A DNA stretch of 32,000 bases from Archaeoglobus fulgidus DSM 4304 (GCF_000008665.1 NC_000917.1:1620001-1652000), one strand, 5' to 3'. Numbered from the stretch's first letter, positions 17,376 to 27,547 are shown. Notes: generated from the sequence alone by a model not told the origin. Numbers and translations: made by a program.

Positions 17376-18835
17376 CGGCTGAAATTCTCGTGTTCTCCCT
17401 CATCATCCCCCTTGTGGTTGCATTCATTCTCCCCGCTTTAAAGCCCAAAGCCGCGACATGGCTTTCGGCAATCTCCTTCTTGATTCCGATGTTTGTTACT
17501 CTCGGATTTCTGCTGACAACAAAAGAAACCATTGAAGTGCCCATAATGAGCCTGCCTGCACCCGTCGGCGAGTTTTACCTTCTCGCTGATCCGATAAGCA
17601 ACGCCTTCGGCTTCACGATCTGTCTCGTTTCTGCGATGGTTGCCTTCTACTCGCTGCCTTACATGAAGCACAGATTCGAGGAGATGCTTCACGATGGGGA
17701 GATTAGAAGCATAGAGTGGGAGTTCAGGAAGTACTGGTTCCTCTACAATCTATACGCCGTGGCAATGCTCTGGCTTGTCTATGCTGGGAACTTCATTTTG
17801 CTCTACATCTTCTTGGAAATCTCCCTTCTTGCCTCCTTCCTGCTGATATACATGTACGGCTACGGAAACAGGCAATGGGTTGCCGTTCTGTACTTTGTCT
17901 GGACGCACATTGCAGGAGTTCTGGCGCTGCTCGGTATCCTGATAATAGGCTTCGAAAACAGCACGATGGCGTTCAACGCTGTCAAGGCCGTTGGCTTTAC
18001 GGCATGGTTGCTGATTTTCCTCGGAATGCTTGTGAAGCTTCCGGGGCTGGGGCCGCACATCTGGCTGCCGTGGGCGCACGCTGAAGCACCAACACCTGTC
18101 AGTGCCTTGCTAAGCCCTCTTACCGTCGGTCTTGCCGGATACGTCCTTTTGAGAGTTTACATGATCGATTCCTCATTCATTGACCAATACAGAGACATCA
18201 TAATTGCATACGCAATAGTATCCAGCATTTACGCCGGTTTCTCGGTCTTCAAGCAGAAGGACTACAAGAGGCTGCTCGCATACTCAACCGTTTCACAGAT
18301 GGGGTACGTTCTCATCGCCCTGTGCCTCGGCAGCTACGGGCTTCTTGGTGTGGTTATACAGTACATCAGCCACGCCTTCGGAAAGTCGATCCTCTTCATG
18401 ACGGCGGGAGCGATAATCGCGTCATTCCACGGTCTCAGAGATATTAACAGGATGAGCGGTATGCATGAGTACGTCCCGACAATTGCCAACGCAGCCCTTC
18501 TCGGCTTCATGACTCTAAGCGGCATTCTCACAATAGGCATGTTCGGGGAGTTCTACATCCTTGCGGGGCTCACTACAATATACGGGTTCAACCTTGCGGT
18601 GATTCTTGCAGTCGTAGTGGTGTTCATAATTTCGGGCTTATACAGCTTCTACACGATGAAGGTTATATACTACGGTACGCCTGCTGGCTACGAGAAGCCG
18701 AAAGTCAGCAGACTGCTCGACGTCCCGCTCTACGTTGTGGCGTTTTTCAGCGTCGCCTTCATATTCCCTCCACTCTCAACTGCGCTGCTCAGCGGTCTTA
18801 AGGTTGTTCTCGGAATTGGAGGTGTTATGCCATGA
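17372..18835 (+). CDS. fqoM: F420H2:quinone oxidoreductase subunit M (NuoM-like antiporter-type subunit)
   Basis: KLPGLGPHIWLPWAHAEAPTPVSALLSPLTVGLAGYVLLR is the conserved complex-I antiporter-like motif. Confidence 0.9.
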   Translation: MTAEILVFSLIIPLVVAFILPALKPKAATWLSAISFLIPMFVTLGFLLTTKETIEVPIMSLPAPVGEFYLLADPISNAFGFTICLVSAMVAFYSLPYMKHRFEEMLHDGEIRSIEWEFRKYWFLYNLYAVAMLWLVYAGNFILLYIFLEISLLASFLLIYMYGYGNRQWVAVLYFVWTHIAGVLALLGILIIGFENSTMAFNAVKAVGFTAWLLIFLGMLVKLPGLGPHIWLPWAHAEAPTPVSALLSPLTVGLAGYVLLRVYMIDSSFIDQYRDIIIAYAIVSSIYAGFSVFKQKDYKRLLAYSTVSQMGYVLIALCLGSYGLLGVVIQYISHAFGKSILFMTAGAIIASFHGLRDINRMSGMHEYVPTIANAALLGFMTLSGILTIGMFGEFYILAGLTTIYGFNLAVILAVVVVFIISGLYSFYTMKVIYYGTPAGYEKPKVSRLLDVPLYVVAFFSVAFIFPPLSTALLSGLKVVLGIGGVMP

Positions 18836-20781
18836 GCGAAATGGTTGAGCTTCCGATGATGGCTGAACTTCTCGCATTGCTTTTCTTCACGCCAATCATA
18901 GCCAGCTTTCCCATCGCAATAGCGTGGGGAATGGACCCCCGCCCTGAGTGGGCGAGAAAGCTACCCGTTCTTTCAGTTCTGGGCCTTTTCGTCTCACTCT
19001 GCGTCGCTCTCTACATACTCTTTAACGTAGGAGAACTTTCACCTGAAGCCGAGCCAATCAAGTACACCATCTACTGGCTGCCGGATTTCAACATAAACTT
19101 CGTGTTCATCTTCGACTACCTAAGCAAGCTGATGGGGGCTTTGACTGCTGTGATAGCCTTCCTGATTGGCGTTTACGGCCTTGAGTACATGAGGGACGAC
19201 TACAGGCTTGGCTGGTACTGGTTCTTCTTCAACCTCTTCACCGCATCAATGCTCCTCGTTGTTTACAGCGACAACCTCCTGATGCTCCTCATAGGCTGGG
19301 AAGGTCTGGGAATTGCCTCATGGGGGTTGATTGGCCACTGGTTCAGGGATGATGACGAGCTAAGCTACGTCGGAATTCTGAAGAGAAAGGTTGCAGGCCT
19401 CAACATGTTCTGGTCACCCAGCACCGGAGGGTGGAGAGCAATCTCCACGATAAGAGTGGGAGACATGCCGATGTTCTTCGCCATCGGTGCCCTGTTCGCC
19501 TTAACAGGCACGCTAAACATTACCGAGATTCCTTGGGCTGGGCTGGAGGAGAAAATAGGCGTTGCCGGAGTCGTAATCCTCCTTGTGGCCTTCCTCATGG
19601 GGCCCTTCACGAAGTCAGCCCAGCTACCCTTCAGCGAGTGGCTGATGACGGCCATGACAGGCCCGACAACTGTGAGCGCTTTGCTCCACTCAGCCACAAT
19701 GGTTGCAGCCGGAACCTATCTCTTCATGAGGCTCAGCTGGTACATCCAGCCCTGGGAGCTTCACCTTGAGGGCTACGAATACGTTTACGTTCTCGTGCTG
19801 TTCCTCGGCTTGGTCTCATCCCTCTACGCCGCTCTTGTTGCAACAAGCTCCCTTGAAAGGAAGGTTCTGCTTGCGGCCTCAACAATGTCCAGCCTCGGTT
19901 TGATGTTCGCATCGGCAGCGGCAAGCTACTGGGTCGGGAAGTTCGCTCTGCTGGTAGCATTCTGGTACCTCATCACCCACGCCTTCGCCAAGGCAACGCT
20001 CTTCCTTGTCGCGGGCCATCTCATCCACGAGACCCACGACAGGTTCCTTGGTGGAGACACTGAGGTGGCGAGGAAGCTCAAGTGGGCCTTTGTTGCGACG
20101 GTTGTTGCCACAATCTTCCTCTCAGGAATTCCGCCCTTCACAGCCTACTGGGTGAAGTCAGGAATGGATGGTGTCATGCACCACCTTGAGCACGAGTTCG
20201 GCATAATTCCACTTGCCCTTCTCGTAACGATTTCAGCAATCTACTCAGGCTTCCTCGGCAAGTTCCTCAGCATGAACTTCTTCAAGGGCAAGAAGGTGCA
20301 CCTCCACCTTCACGGCGGACAGATAATGAGCACGGCGTATCTTATCATGGTTTCAATGCTTCTCGTAATCCTTGCAGCAATTCTGACGTCTCCAGAGGAG
20401 CCGTTTAAAGAGTTCGTCGAGGAGGGGTTACTGCCATCCTCCTTTGCAGTGGGCATGATCGTCCTCGTGGCCTACGCTTTCGGATTCTTCAAGCCGCAGA
20501 TTAAATCACCGCTGGGACAGTTCTTCGGTGACAGGATGTACATGATGTTCCTCAATGACTACATTGTGCCGAAAATTGGCTGGGCGATAGCGAAGGTTGT
20601 GGATTACGGAAACATGCTGATAGACTTTACCTGTCATCAGGCAATTCCCGGAATGTTTGAGGTTTACTCTCACGGAGTGAGGTTCATCCAGAACGGAAGG
20701 CTTGAAAGGTATCTGCAGATTGTGATTGGCTTCGTAATGCTGATTGTGGTTGTTGCAGTCGCGGCGGGGTGGATAGCATGA
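18832..20781 (+). CDS. fqoL: F420H2:quinone oxidoreductase subunit L (NuoL-like)
   Basis: 649 aa; KSAQLPFSEWLMTAMTGPTTVSALLHSATMVAAGTYLFMRL, GSGIPPFTAYWVKS-type motif and C-terminal extension. Confidence 0.92.
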   Translation: MSEMVELPMMAELLALLFFTPIIASFPIAIAWGMDPRPEWARKLPVLSVLGLFVSLCVALYILFNVGELSPEAEPIKYTIYWLPDFNINFVFIFDYLSKLMGALTAVIAFLIGVYGLEYMRDDYRLGWYWFFFNLFTASMLLVVYSDNLLMLLIGWEGLGIASWGLIGHWFRDDDELSYVGILKRKVAGLNMFWSPSTGGWRAISTIRVGDMPMFFAIGALFALTGTLNITEIPWAGLEEKIGVAGVVILLVAFLMGPFTKSAQLPFSEWLMTAMTGPTTVSALLHSATMVAAGTYLFMRLSWYIQPWELHLEGYEYVYVLVLFLGLVSSLYAALVATSSLERKVLLAASTMSSLGLMFASAAASYWVGKFALLVAFWYLITHAFAKATLFLVAGHLIHETHDRFLGGDTEVARKLKWAFVATVVATIFLSGIPPFTAYWVKSGMDGVMHHLEHEFGIIPLALLVTISAIYSGFLGKFLSMNFFKGKKVHLHLHGGQIMSTAYLIMVSMLLVILAAILTSPEEPFKEFVEEGLLPSSFAVGMIVLVAYAFGFFKPQIKSPLGQFFGDRMYMMFLNDYIVPKIGWAIAKVVDYGNMLIDFTCHQAIPGMFEVYSHGVRFIQNGRLERYLQIVIGFVMLIVVVAVAAGWIA

Positions 20782-21983
20782 TAGAGTTGCTTGCATCGCT
20801 GATAATCCTCGCAGTTGGAGCAGCTCTCAGCTACAAGGACATCAGAATATCGCTTGTGGCGAGCGTAGTTGCTGTTGTTGCAATGATGGCAAGCGGAAAC
20901 GCTTACTCAGCTTTAATTCTTTTCGTGGCGCTGCTGAACATCTTCTCCCTCTACGCCATAAGGCAGAACCAAATTGCTGGTGTGGATTACGCGTTGGTCG
21001 CGATAATGGCAGTGGCGACGATTTACGCCTTTGTTGTTGATGACCTTGCAATGATGCTCGCTTTGTTCATGGTCGTCTCGGCTCCGACTTACCTGCTTGT
21101 CATGGTTAGCGACAGGGGACTGAATGTGGATGTTGGCATCAAGTACGTTACTTTCATGGTAATCGCCACAGTCCTCTTTATAACCGGAGCGGTTCTACTG
21201 TATTCAACGACGAATACTTTGGTTTACTCCTTGGCTTTCCTAATGCTGATTGTCGGCCTGAGCATGGAAGTGGGTATAGCTCCGGTTCACGAGTGGGTTC
21301 CGGACGTTTTCGCCTCAGCAGACCCCATTCCGATTTCGATAATAGCCTCGCTTGCAAAGTTTGTTCCATTCATCATCGCCTACAAGATAGTCGTTGCAAC
21401 CGCAACGCCATCTCTCGGACTCCTCCTCATCGTGGTTGGGCTGATCGCTGCTGCATCGATGTTCGTCGGAAACATTGGAGCTTTAACAACGAATGAACCC
21501 AGTAGAATCCTCGCATACTCAACCGTTGCGAACATGGGTTACATTCTTGCGACCTTTGCCGCAGTAACCGCAGGGAAGGAGTACGTTTACTTTGCAATTG
21601 CGGGAGGTCTGCTCCAGCTCTTCGTAAACTCATTTGGCAAGGTGGGGTACTTCGCAAGCATAAAGAATGAGGGAACATCTCCGATAACAGCGTATATGCT
21701 GACATTCTCCTTCATCGGCCTGCCGCCGCTCATGGGGTTCTGGAGCAAGCTGTTCATAATTTACTCCCTCGTCTACTCGCAGTTCATCTGGTTGGCGGTA
21801 ATACTCGTGCTTAACTCCGCAATCTCAGTTCCCTATTACGTTAGACTTGCAAGATTGCTCGGAACCGGCTGGAAATTCAATCTGACGAGTGCGGTAGTGC
21901 TGTTTGCATCAATTGCAATGCTGATAACGCTGATACCGCCAATGTGGTTTGTGGACGTTGTTTCGATGATGAAGGGGGTGTGA
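20778..21983 (+). CDS. fqoN: F420H2:quinone oxidoreductase subunit N (NuoN-like)
   Basis: EVGIAPVHEWVPDVFASADPIPISIIASLAKFVPFIIAYKIV and IGLPPLMGFWSKLFIIYSL. ATG at 20778 overlaps the fqoL stop. Confidence 0.9.
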   Translation: MIELLASLIILAVGAALSYKDIRISLVASVVAVVAMMASGNAYSALILFVALLNIFSLYAIRQNQIAGVDYALVAIMAVATIYAFVVDDLAMMLALFMVVSAPTYLLVMVSDRGLNVDVGIKYVTFMVIATVLFITGAVLLYSTTNTLVYSLAFLMLIVGLSMEVGIAPVHEWVPDVFASADPIPISIIASLAKFVPFIIAYKIVVATATPSLGLLLIVVGLIAAASMFVGNIGALTTNEPSRILAYSTVANMGYILATFAAVTAGKEYVYFAIAGGLLQLFVNSFGKVGYFASIKNEGTSPITAYMLTFSFIGLPPLMGFWSKLFIIYSLVYSQFIWLAVILVLNSAISVPYYVRLARLLGTGWKFNLTSAVVLFASIAMLITLIPPMWFVDVVSMMKGV

Positions 21984-21986
21984 AGC

Positions 21987-22361
21987 ATGTCGATGCTTGA
22001 AAACACGCTGGTTGTGGTAATCGTCGTTGCAGTCGCTCTGATCACGGACATTGCGGTACTGGCACTTGCAAAAATTCTGCCCAGATACAGGCCGACTGAG
22101 GTTAAAGTTTCAAGATTCGAGGCAGGAAACCCTCCGGTAGGGTTGCAGAAGTGGACGCTACCGATGCAGTACATAGGTTTCATGATAATGTTCATGGCCT
22201 TTGAACCAATACTGGTCATAATTCTGCTGCTTTCGGGAACACCTACGCTGGACGTAATAGCTCTGACAGTTCTTGCATTCATTCTGCTTTTACCAGCGCT
22301 GCATGTAGCCTACAACTACTCGCTTGAAATTGCCAAATTGAGGGGTGATATCAATGGATGA
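21987..22361 (+). CDS. fqoA: F420H2:quinone oxidoreductase subunit A (NuoA-like)
   Basis: KVSRFEAGNPPVGLQKWTLPMQYIGFMIMFMAFEPILVI is NuoA-like. Confidence 0.9.
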   Translation: MSMLENTLVVVIVVAVALITDIAVLALAKILPRYRPTEVKVSRFEAGNPPVGLQKWTLPMQYIGFMIMFMAFEPILVIILLLSGTPTLDVIALTVLAFILLLPALHVAYNYSLEIAKLRGDING

Positions 22362-23406
22362 ATTCATCGAATTTGTTAGAGGAGGCCCGCTTGGCCCTAT
22401 TAAGAAGTGGGGAACCAAGTGGAGCCTGTGGCCGGTCCACCTCGTTACAGCATGCTGCGGAGCTGAACTTGCTCACGCTTTCGCCTGTGGTTATGACGGA
22501 GAGAGGATCGGCGCCCTCAACTACGGTATCGCGAGGCAGACGAACCTCATAATTGTTGAGGGAGCAATCACAAGAAAGATGGCGAAAGTTTTGAGGATAA
22601 CATGGGAGCAGATGCCTGATCCGAAGTTCGTCATCGTGATGGGGGCTTGCGGTTTGCAGGGAGGAATCTTCTGGAATGGCTATCACATGGTCAAACCATC
22701 CGACGTAGTTCCGGTTGACTTCTTCATTCCCGGCTGTCCCCCAACCCCTGAGGCCCTGCTCAGGGGGATAAGGCAGCTTCAGTTCAAGATAGAGACCGGC
22801 GAGGCAAAGACCTCCGCAACATTCCCCGAAGTACCTCTGGAGGCTGGCAGAAAGCCAAGAGTTCTGCCAAAATCACCGAAGAAAATATCTAAGGCACCGG
22901 CAGTCATAGTGAACGCTCCGAAGGAGGTTGATTGGGAGTTCGGCCAGAAGCTGGTTGAGGAGATTAAGGCGAAAGTGGAGGCCAAATCTGTGACAATTAC
23001 CGGAAAGAACAGAATAGCTGTTAAGGTGGAAAGCGATTACATTCCAAGGGCTGCAATGAGGCTGAGGGAGATGGGGTTCGACCACGTTAAGAACGTTAAT
23101 GTGATAGACGTACCGAATGAGGACAAGTTCATCGTGGAGTACCACTTCTCCAGCTACAGCGTCAAAGAACTCATGCCGGTCATAGTCAACGTCTTTGCGG
23201 ATATTCCGAGAGAGAATCCGAGGGTGAAGAGCCTTGCGAGCATGTTCCCGAGTGCGGATTACATGGAGAGGGAGATGCACGACTTCTTTGGCGTAATCTT
23301 CGAGGGCAATCCGTGGATGGGCAGAAAGTTCCTTCTCGCTCCAGACGCTCCGGAGTTCCCGCTGAGAAAGGACTTCAAGCTTGAGGAGGAGGTTTACGTG
23401 AGGTGA
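22354..23406 (+). CDS. fqoBC: F420H2:quinone oxidoreductase fused subunit BC (NuoB-NuoC fusion)
   Basis: N-terminal NuoB (VTACCGAELAHAFACGYDGERIG, GACGLQGGIFWNGY, PGCPPTPEALLRGI) and C-terminal NuoC (YHFSSYSVKELMPVIVNV..REMHDFFGVIFEGNPWMGRKFLLAPD) in one ORF. Confidence 0.95.
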   Translation: MDEFIEFVRGGPLGPIKKWGTKWSLWPVHLVTACCGAELAHAFACGYDGERIGALNYGIARQTNLIIVEGAITRKMAKVLRITWEQMPDPKFVIVMGACGLQGGIFWNGYHMVKPSDVVPVDFFIPGCPPTPEALLRGIRQLQFKIETGEAKTSATFPEVPLEAGRKPRVLPKSPKKISKAPAVIVNAPKEVDWEFGQKLVEEIKAKVEAKSVTITGKNRIAVKVESDYIPRAAMRLREMGFDHVKNVNVIDVPNEDKFIVEYHFSSYSVKELMPVIVNVFADIPRENPRVKSLASMFPSADYMEREMHDFFGVIFEGNPWMGRKFLLAPDAPEFPLRKDFKLEEEVYVR

Positions 23407-24644
23407 TGAACATGGAGGAATACGCTCTCGACATTCCCGTGGAGCCCCCAAGAGAACTAAGGTCTCTGTTCATCCCCATCCCGCCTGAATACGTGGAGGA
23501 TACCTACAGGAGCGATGACTTTCTGGTTCTCGTCGGTCCTCAGCATCCCGGCAGCGGCCACATGAGGCTTATTGTGAGGGTGAGGGGAGATATAATTCAG
23601 GAAGTCATTCCCGATCCCGGTTACGTTCACAGGTCGATGGAGAAGCTAGCAGAAAACCGCCTTTACATTCAGAACATTCCGCTTGTTGAGAGACCTGCAA
23701 TAATGGATGCTCCGAACTTCAATCTTGGCTATGTAAGGGCGATTGAAGAAGCTTTGGACATAGAGGTTCCAGAGAGGGCGAAGTTCCTCAGGACGATGCT
23801 TGCCGAGCTTGGTAGAGTGGGAACACACCTATACGATGCTGCAATTCTTGCAGTCTTCCTCGGCCACACAACCGGCTTCATGTATCCTTTTGGACTCAGG
23901 GAACTGATCTGCGAGGCTCTTGTAAGGCTGACAGGAGCAAGGTTCACCTCTTCCTTCATAATTCCCGGCGGTGTGAGGAGGGATGCTGACGATGCAACGC
24001 TGAAGTGGATTTACGACATGACTCTCGCAATGGAAAGGAGGCTGAAGTCCTTCGAGAGAATCTTCATCAACAACCCCACGGTCATCGCGAGACTTCAGGA
24101 CGTCGGCGTTCTCAGCAAGGAGGAGGCAATAAAATACGGCGTCGTTGGGCCTTTCCTGAGAGCGAGCGGTGTTGAGTACGATGTGAGAAAGGTGGAGCCC
24201 TACGAGGCCTACGATGACCTCACGTGGGAAATGCCCGTCTCTGATGCCGGAGACGGTTATGCGAGGTTCTTGGTCAGAGTTAACGAGGTAGGGCAGAGTC
24301 TTAGCATCATAAGGCAGTGCATCAAGGAAATGCCTGAGGGAAGAGTAATCAGCGAGCAGGTTGCTGAAAACGAGAAGGATATCAGGGGCTCCTTCTTCGA
24401 CAGCCTCTCGAACATTGTCCTTCCTTCGGGAGAGTACACGACTCTGACGGAGGGGGCGAGGGGAACGATAATCTACAGCATAATCAGCGATGGAGAGTCT
24501 AACGTTCCGTACAGGCTCAGGATAGTAAGCCCTGGATGGCTTTACCTCAGGGGCTTCATGGAATCCATGAAGGGAGAAAGGCTGGCCGATTTGCAGGCCA
24601 TATACGGGAGCTTCGGCTACTTCCCGCCCGAAGCTGACAGGTGA
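23403..24644 (+). CDS. fqoD: F420H2:quinone oxidoreductase subunit D (NuoD-like, 49 kDa type)
   Basis: LVGPQHPGSGHMRLIVRVRGDIIQEVIPDPGYVHRSMEKLAENRLYIQNIPLVER and GGVRRDADDATLKW. Confidence 0.94.
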   Translation: MMNMEEYALDIPVEPPRELRSLFIPIPPEYVEDTYRSDDFLVLVGPQHPGSGHMRLIVRVRGDIIQEVIPDPGYVHRSMEKLAENRLYIQNIPLVERPAIMDAPNFNLGYVRAIEEALDIEVPERAKFLRTMLAELGRVGTHLYDAAILAVFLGHTTGFMYPFGLRELICEALVRLTGARFTSSFIIPGGVRRDADDATLKWIYDMTLAMERRLKSFERIFINNPTVIARLQDVGVLSKEEAIKYGVVGPFLRASGVEYDVRKVEPYEAYDDLTWEMPVSDAGDGYARFLVRVNEVGQSLSIIRQCIKEMPEGRVISEQVAENEKDIRGSFFDSLSNIVLPSGEYTTLTEGARGTIIYSIISDGESNVPYRLRIVSPGWLYLRGFMESMKGERLADLQAIYGSFGYFPPEADR

Positions 24645-24645
24645 G

Positions 24646-25755
24646 GTGGTTGTGATGATTGCTGATGCCTTGAATTATTTTTACGAAATCTTCAGCTCGA
24701 ACATGATGAATATTCCGCTGATTGCACCGATTGTAGACTACTTAATGAAAATCCCGCTAATCAACATTCTCGTAGCACTGATACTCTGGAAACCGTTCTT
24801 TGCCGTGATAATAATGCCCGGACTTGGAGTTCTGACTCTCTATCTGCTCTACATTGTGTGGTACGAGAGAAAGTTAACCGCCAGAATTCAGTGGAGAGTT
24901 GGTCCTCTTGAGGTTGCAAGGCCTATTAGGGGAGCTATTCAGGCTCTTGCGGATGGCATAAGGTACTTCTTCCAGGAGGCCATAGTTCACAGAGAGGCTC
25001 ATCGTCCCTACTTCGTGCAGCTTCCGATTCTCGCCTTCATCCCTGTGCTTCTGCCGATAATGTTCATTCCCGCTGGAAGTGCGGTTGGAATCTACACACC
25101 CAACGCAATTCAGCTTACGGTGACGTTCATCGCCCTGATTCCCATCACAATAGTCGCCATAGGATGGGCCTCCAACAGCAGGTTCGCCTACATCGGTTCG
25201 GTCAGAGAAGCTTTCATGTACTTCGCCTACGAGGTTCCGTTCATAATAGCGGTTATTTCGATGATTTTCCTTTACGGCAGCGGAGATGCCTACGTTGCAG
25301 TTGAGAAGCAGTCTGCCATACCGGGAGCACTTCTGAATCCGATTGCGTTCATCGTTTACCTCATCGCAATGCTGATGGCCACCTCAAGACTGCCCTTCGA
25401 GATTCCTGAGGCTGATCAGGAAATCGCCTTCGGCCCATTCGTTGAGTACTCTGGAATCCTCTTCGGCCTTGTCATGGTTCTCGCCTACGAAAAGCTGTAC
25501 ATAATGACTCTCCTTTTCACGATTCTGTTCCTTGGTGGATGGAGCGGCATCTACTGCCCTCTGCTCGGCGATTTGAACGGTCCGCTTTGGATGTTCATTA
25601 AGACGATCGTTGTGATTTCGATACTGGTCATAGTGAGGTCAATCTACGCTAGATACAGGCTTGACCAGGCTTTGAGAATAGGGTGGACCTCAATGCTTGC
25701 CCTCTCGATCGTAGCGCTGGTTGTTGGAGGCGCCTTAGGAGTGTGGTTGTCATGA
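24646..25755 (+). CDS. fqoH: F420H2:quinone oxidoreductase subunit H (NuoH-like)
   Basis: YERKLTARIQWRVGPLEVARPIRGAIQALADGIRYFFQEAIV and EVPFIIAVISM / RLPFEIPEADQEIAFGPFVEYSG. Confidence 0.94.
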   Translation: MVVMIADALNYFYEIFSSNMMNIPLIAPIVDYLMKIPLINILVALILWKPFFAVIIMPGLGVLTLYLLYIVWYERKLTARIQWRVGPLEVARPIRGAIQALADGIRYFFQEAIVHREAHRPYFVQLPILAFIPVLLPIMFIPAGSAVGIYTPNAIQLTVTFIALIPITIVAIGWASNSRFAYIGSVREAFMYFAYEVPFIIAVISMIFLYGSGDAYVAVEKQSAIPGALLNPIAFIVYLIAMLMATSRLPFEIPEADQEIAFGPFVEYSGILFGLVMVLAYEKLYIMTLLFTILFLGGWSGIYCPLLGDLNGPLWMFIKTIVVISILVIVRSIYARYRLDQALRIGWTSMLALSIVALVVGGALGVWLS

Positions 25756-26506
25756 TCAGGCTGAGTAAGGTTAAAACTGACCCGATTGAAAACCTCAAGA
25801 GGCATGCTGAAGCCATCAGCGAGGCTGTAAAGCAGGCCATAAAGCCCGACAGAATAACGGTTGAGTATCCGAGAGAGAGGAGGAGGTATCCGGAATGCTT
25901 CAGAGGCTTTATAGTCTTTGACAGGGAGAAGTGCATCAGCTGTTTCCGCTGCGCCCAAATCTGTCCTGCCAACGCGATACAGATGGAGTATTTCGATAGG
26001 GCGTATCCGGGCATCGATTATGCTAAGTGCATCTTCTGCCACTTTTGCGTTGATAGCTGTCCCACCGGAGCTTTAAACACAAGCAAGGTTCATGATGTTG
26101 CTTTCAAATCGATGGATGAAATGAGACTGAGTGCGAACAAATCACCAAGGTTCCCGAGATTGTCAGGGAGGAGAAGCAGACTGTTGAGTACTACGTAGAC
26201 CGCAAAGTTTGGACCCTTGTAAGGAAAAAGGAGCTCGACTCTCTTGAAGTGCCGCCAAAGCCTGTGAAGGTAAAGGAAAGGAAGGCTGCCTGCACTGAGC
26301 CAGAAAGCTGCCTCGGTTGCAGGTTGTGCGCCAATGTTTGCCCGCAAAACGCGATTAAGGTTGAGAAATGCGAGATATCAATAGATGAAGAGGTCACAGG
26401 AACGGGATGCGTTCTCCAGATTCAGACCGACCTGTGCACCGGATGCGGGCTCTGCGTGAGGCAGTGTCCGATGCAGATTCTCACTCTCGAAGAGGTGGGA
26501 GAATGA
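25752..26506 (+). CDS. fqoI: F420H2:quinone oxidoreductase subunit I (NuoI-like iron-sulfur subunit) with apparent frameshift at about 26116-26120
   Basis: Frame 1 (25752..26198) carries CISCFRCAQICPANAIQ and CIFCHFCVDSCPTGAL. From 26120 a second frame reads NETECEQITKVPEIVREEKQTVEYYVDRKVWTLVRKKELDSLEVPPKPVKVKERKAACTEPESCLGCRLCANVCPQNAI...CTGCGLCVRQCPMQI to 26506. The track reports these as two ORFs. Confidence 0.85.
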
Positions 26507-27546
26507 TTGCAAGAGAGTGGCAGTTTGCACTGCCCGAAAAGAAGCACAAGAAAAAGTATTTTGGCAATCTGAAAGCAGAGGTAATCGATGCGGGACTTTG
26601 CTGCCACTGCGCTGCGTGCGCGTCAATCTGCCCGGTCAATGGAATAACAGCCGGTGACGCGCCAATCGATTTTCCCAACTGGGTCAAGGAGTGCGTTGAC
26701 TGCGGAGCCTGCATCAAGGTCTGCCCGAGATGGGAGTACACACCTAAAAACGGTCTTGGAGAGTACATTGAGGTTGTGGCAGCGAGGTCGAAGAGGTTCG
26801 TTGGACAGGATGGAGCCATGGTTACGGAATTCACCGCTTCAGCGCTTGAGATGGGGATAATCGAGAGGGCAATCTTTGTTGCGAGAGATTCCAACTGGAG
26901 GACGAGGGTTGTCACCATAAAGACCCCGGAGCAGCTTTACGACCGCAAAATTACCGGTACGAAGTATAGCTACGCCGACGTCCTTCCGGCGTTAAAGGAG
27001 GCCGTGCTTAAATCGGAGGCGGTGGGGTTTGTCGGCACTCCGTGCATGGTTTCAGCAGTAAGAAAGATGCAGCAGGCCTTTAAGAAGTTCGAGAGGGTTA
27101 AGCTTGCAATCGGCCTCTTCTGCACGGAAAACTTCTACCACCACGACCTCTACAAATTCCTGCTCGAAAAGGCAAACGCTGACTTAAGGAATGCCGTTAA
27201 GACGGACATCAAGAAGGGGAAGTTCATCGTTGAGATGAAGGACGGCAGCAAGGTGAGAATTCCCGTAAAGGACTTTGAGGAAATCATACCATCAGGATGT
27301 AAAGTCTGCCAGGACTTTGCGGCAGTTGAGAGTGACGTAAGCGTGGGCAGCGTTGGCAGCCCAAATCGCTTTTCAACGGTGATGGTCAGAACTGAAGTGG
27401 CGAAGCAGATTCTGGACTACATCAGAGAAAAGGACTACGCCGAGTTTGGCGAGGCGAAGCTCGACATCGTGCAGAAGCTCTGCGACCACAAGATGAAGAT
27501 TCACCCCTGGCCACCGAAGAAGAAAGAAGAGAAATCTGAAGAGTAA
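26503..27546 (+). CDS. fqoF: F420H2 dehydrogenase / F420H2-oxidising subunit F (FpoF/FrhB-like)
   Basis: GLCCHCAACASICPVNGI, CVDCGACIKVCPRWEYTP, then an FrhB-type domain (GFVGTPCMVSAVRKMQ, IGLFCTENFYHHDLYKFL, GCKVCQDFAAVESDVSVGSVG). ATG at 26503 overlaps the fqoI stop. Confidence 0.93.
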   Translation: MIAREWQFALPEKKHKKKYFGNLKAEVIDAGLCCHCAACASICPVNGITAGDAPIDFPNWVKECVDCGACIKVCPRWEYTPKNGLGEYIEVVAARSKRFVGQDGAMVTEFTASALEMGIIERAIFVARDSNWRTRVVTIKTPEQLYDRKITGTKYSYADVLPALKEAVLKSEAVGFVGTPCMVSAVRKMQQAFKKFERVKLAIGLFCTENFYHHDLYKFLLEKANADLRNAVKTDIKKGKFIVEMKDGSKVRIPVKDFEEIIPSGCKVCQDFAAVESDVSVGSVGSPNRFSTVMVRTEVAKQILDYIREKDYAEFGEAKLDIVQKLCDHKMKIHPWPPKKKEEKSEE

Positions 27547-27547
27547 T

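Noticed and set aside
17716-18084. Plus-strand alternate-frame ORF within fqoM
   Set aside because: Lies entirely in a conserved antiporter-like gene in another frame; Cys/Arg-rich artefact.
22873-23451. Minus-strand 192-aa ORF over fqoBC
   Set aside because: Antisense to the clear NuoC-like domain; low-complexity, Arg/His/Leu-rich shadow translation.
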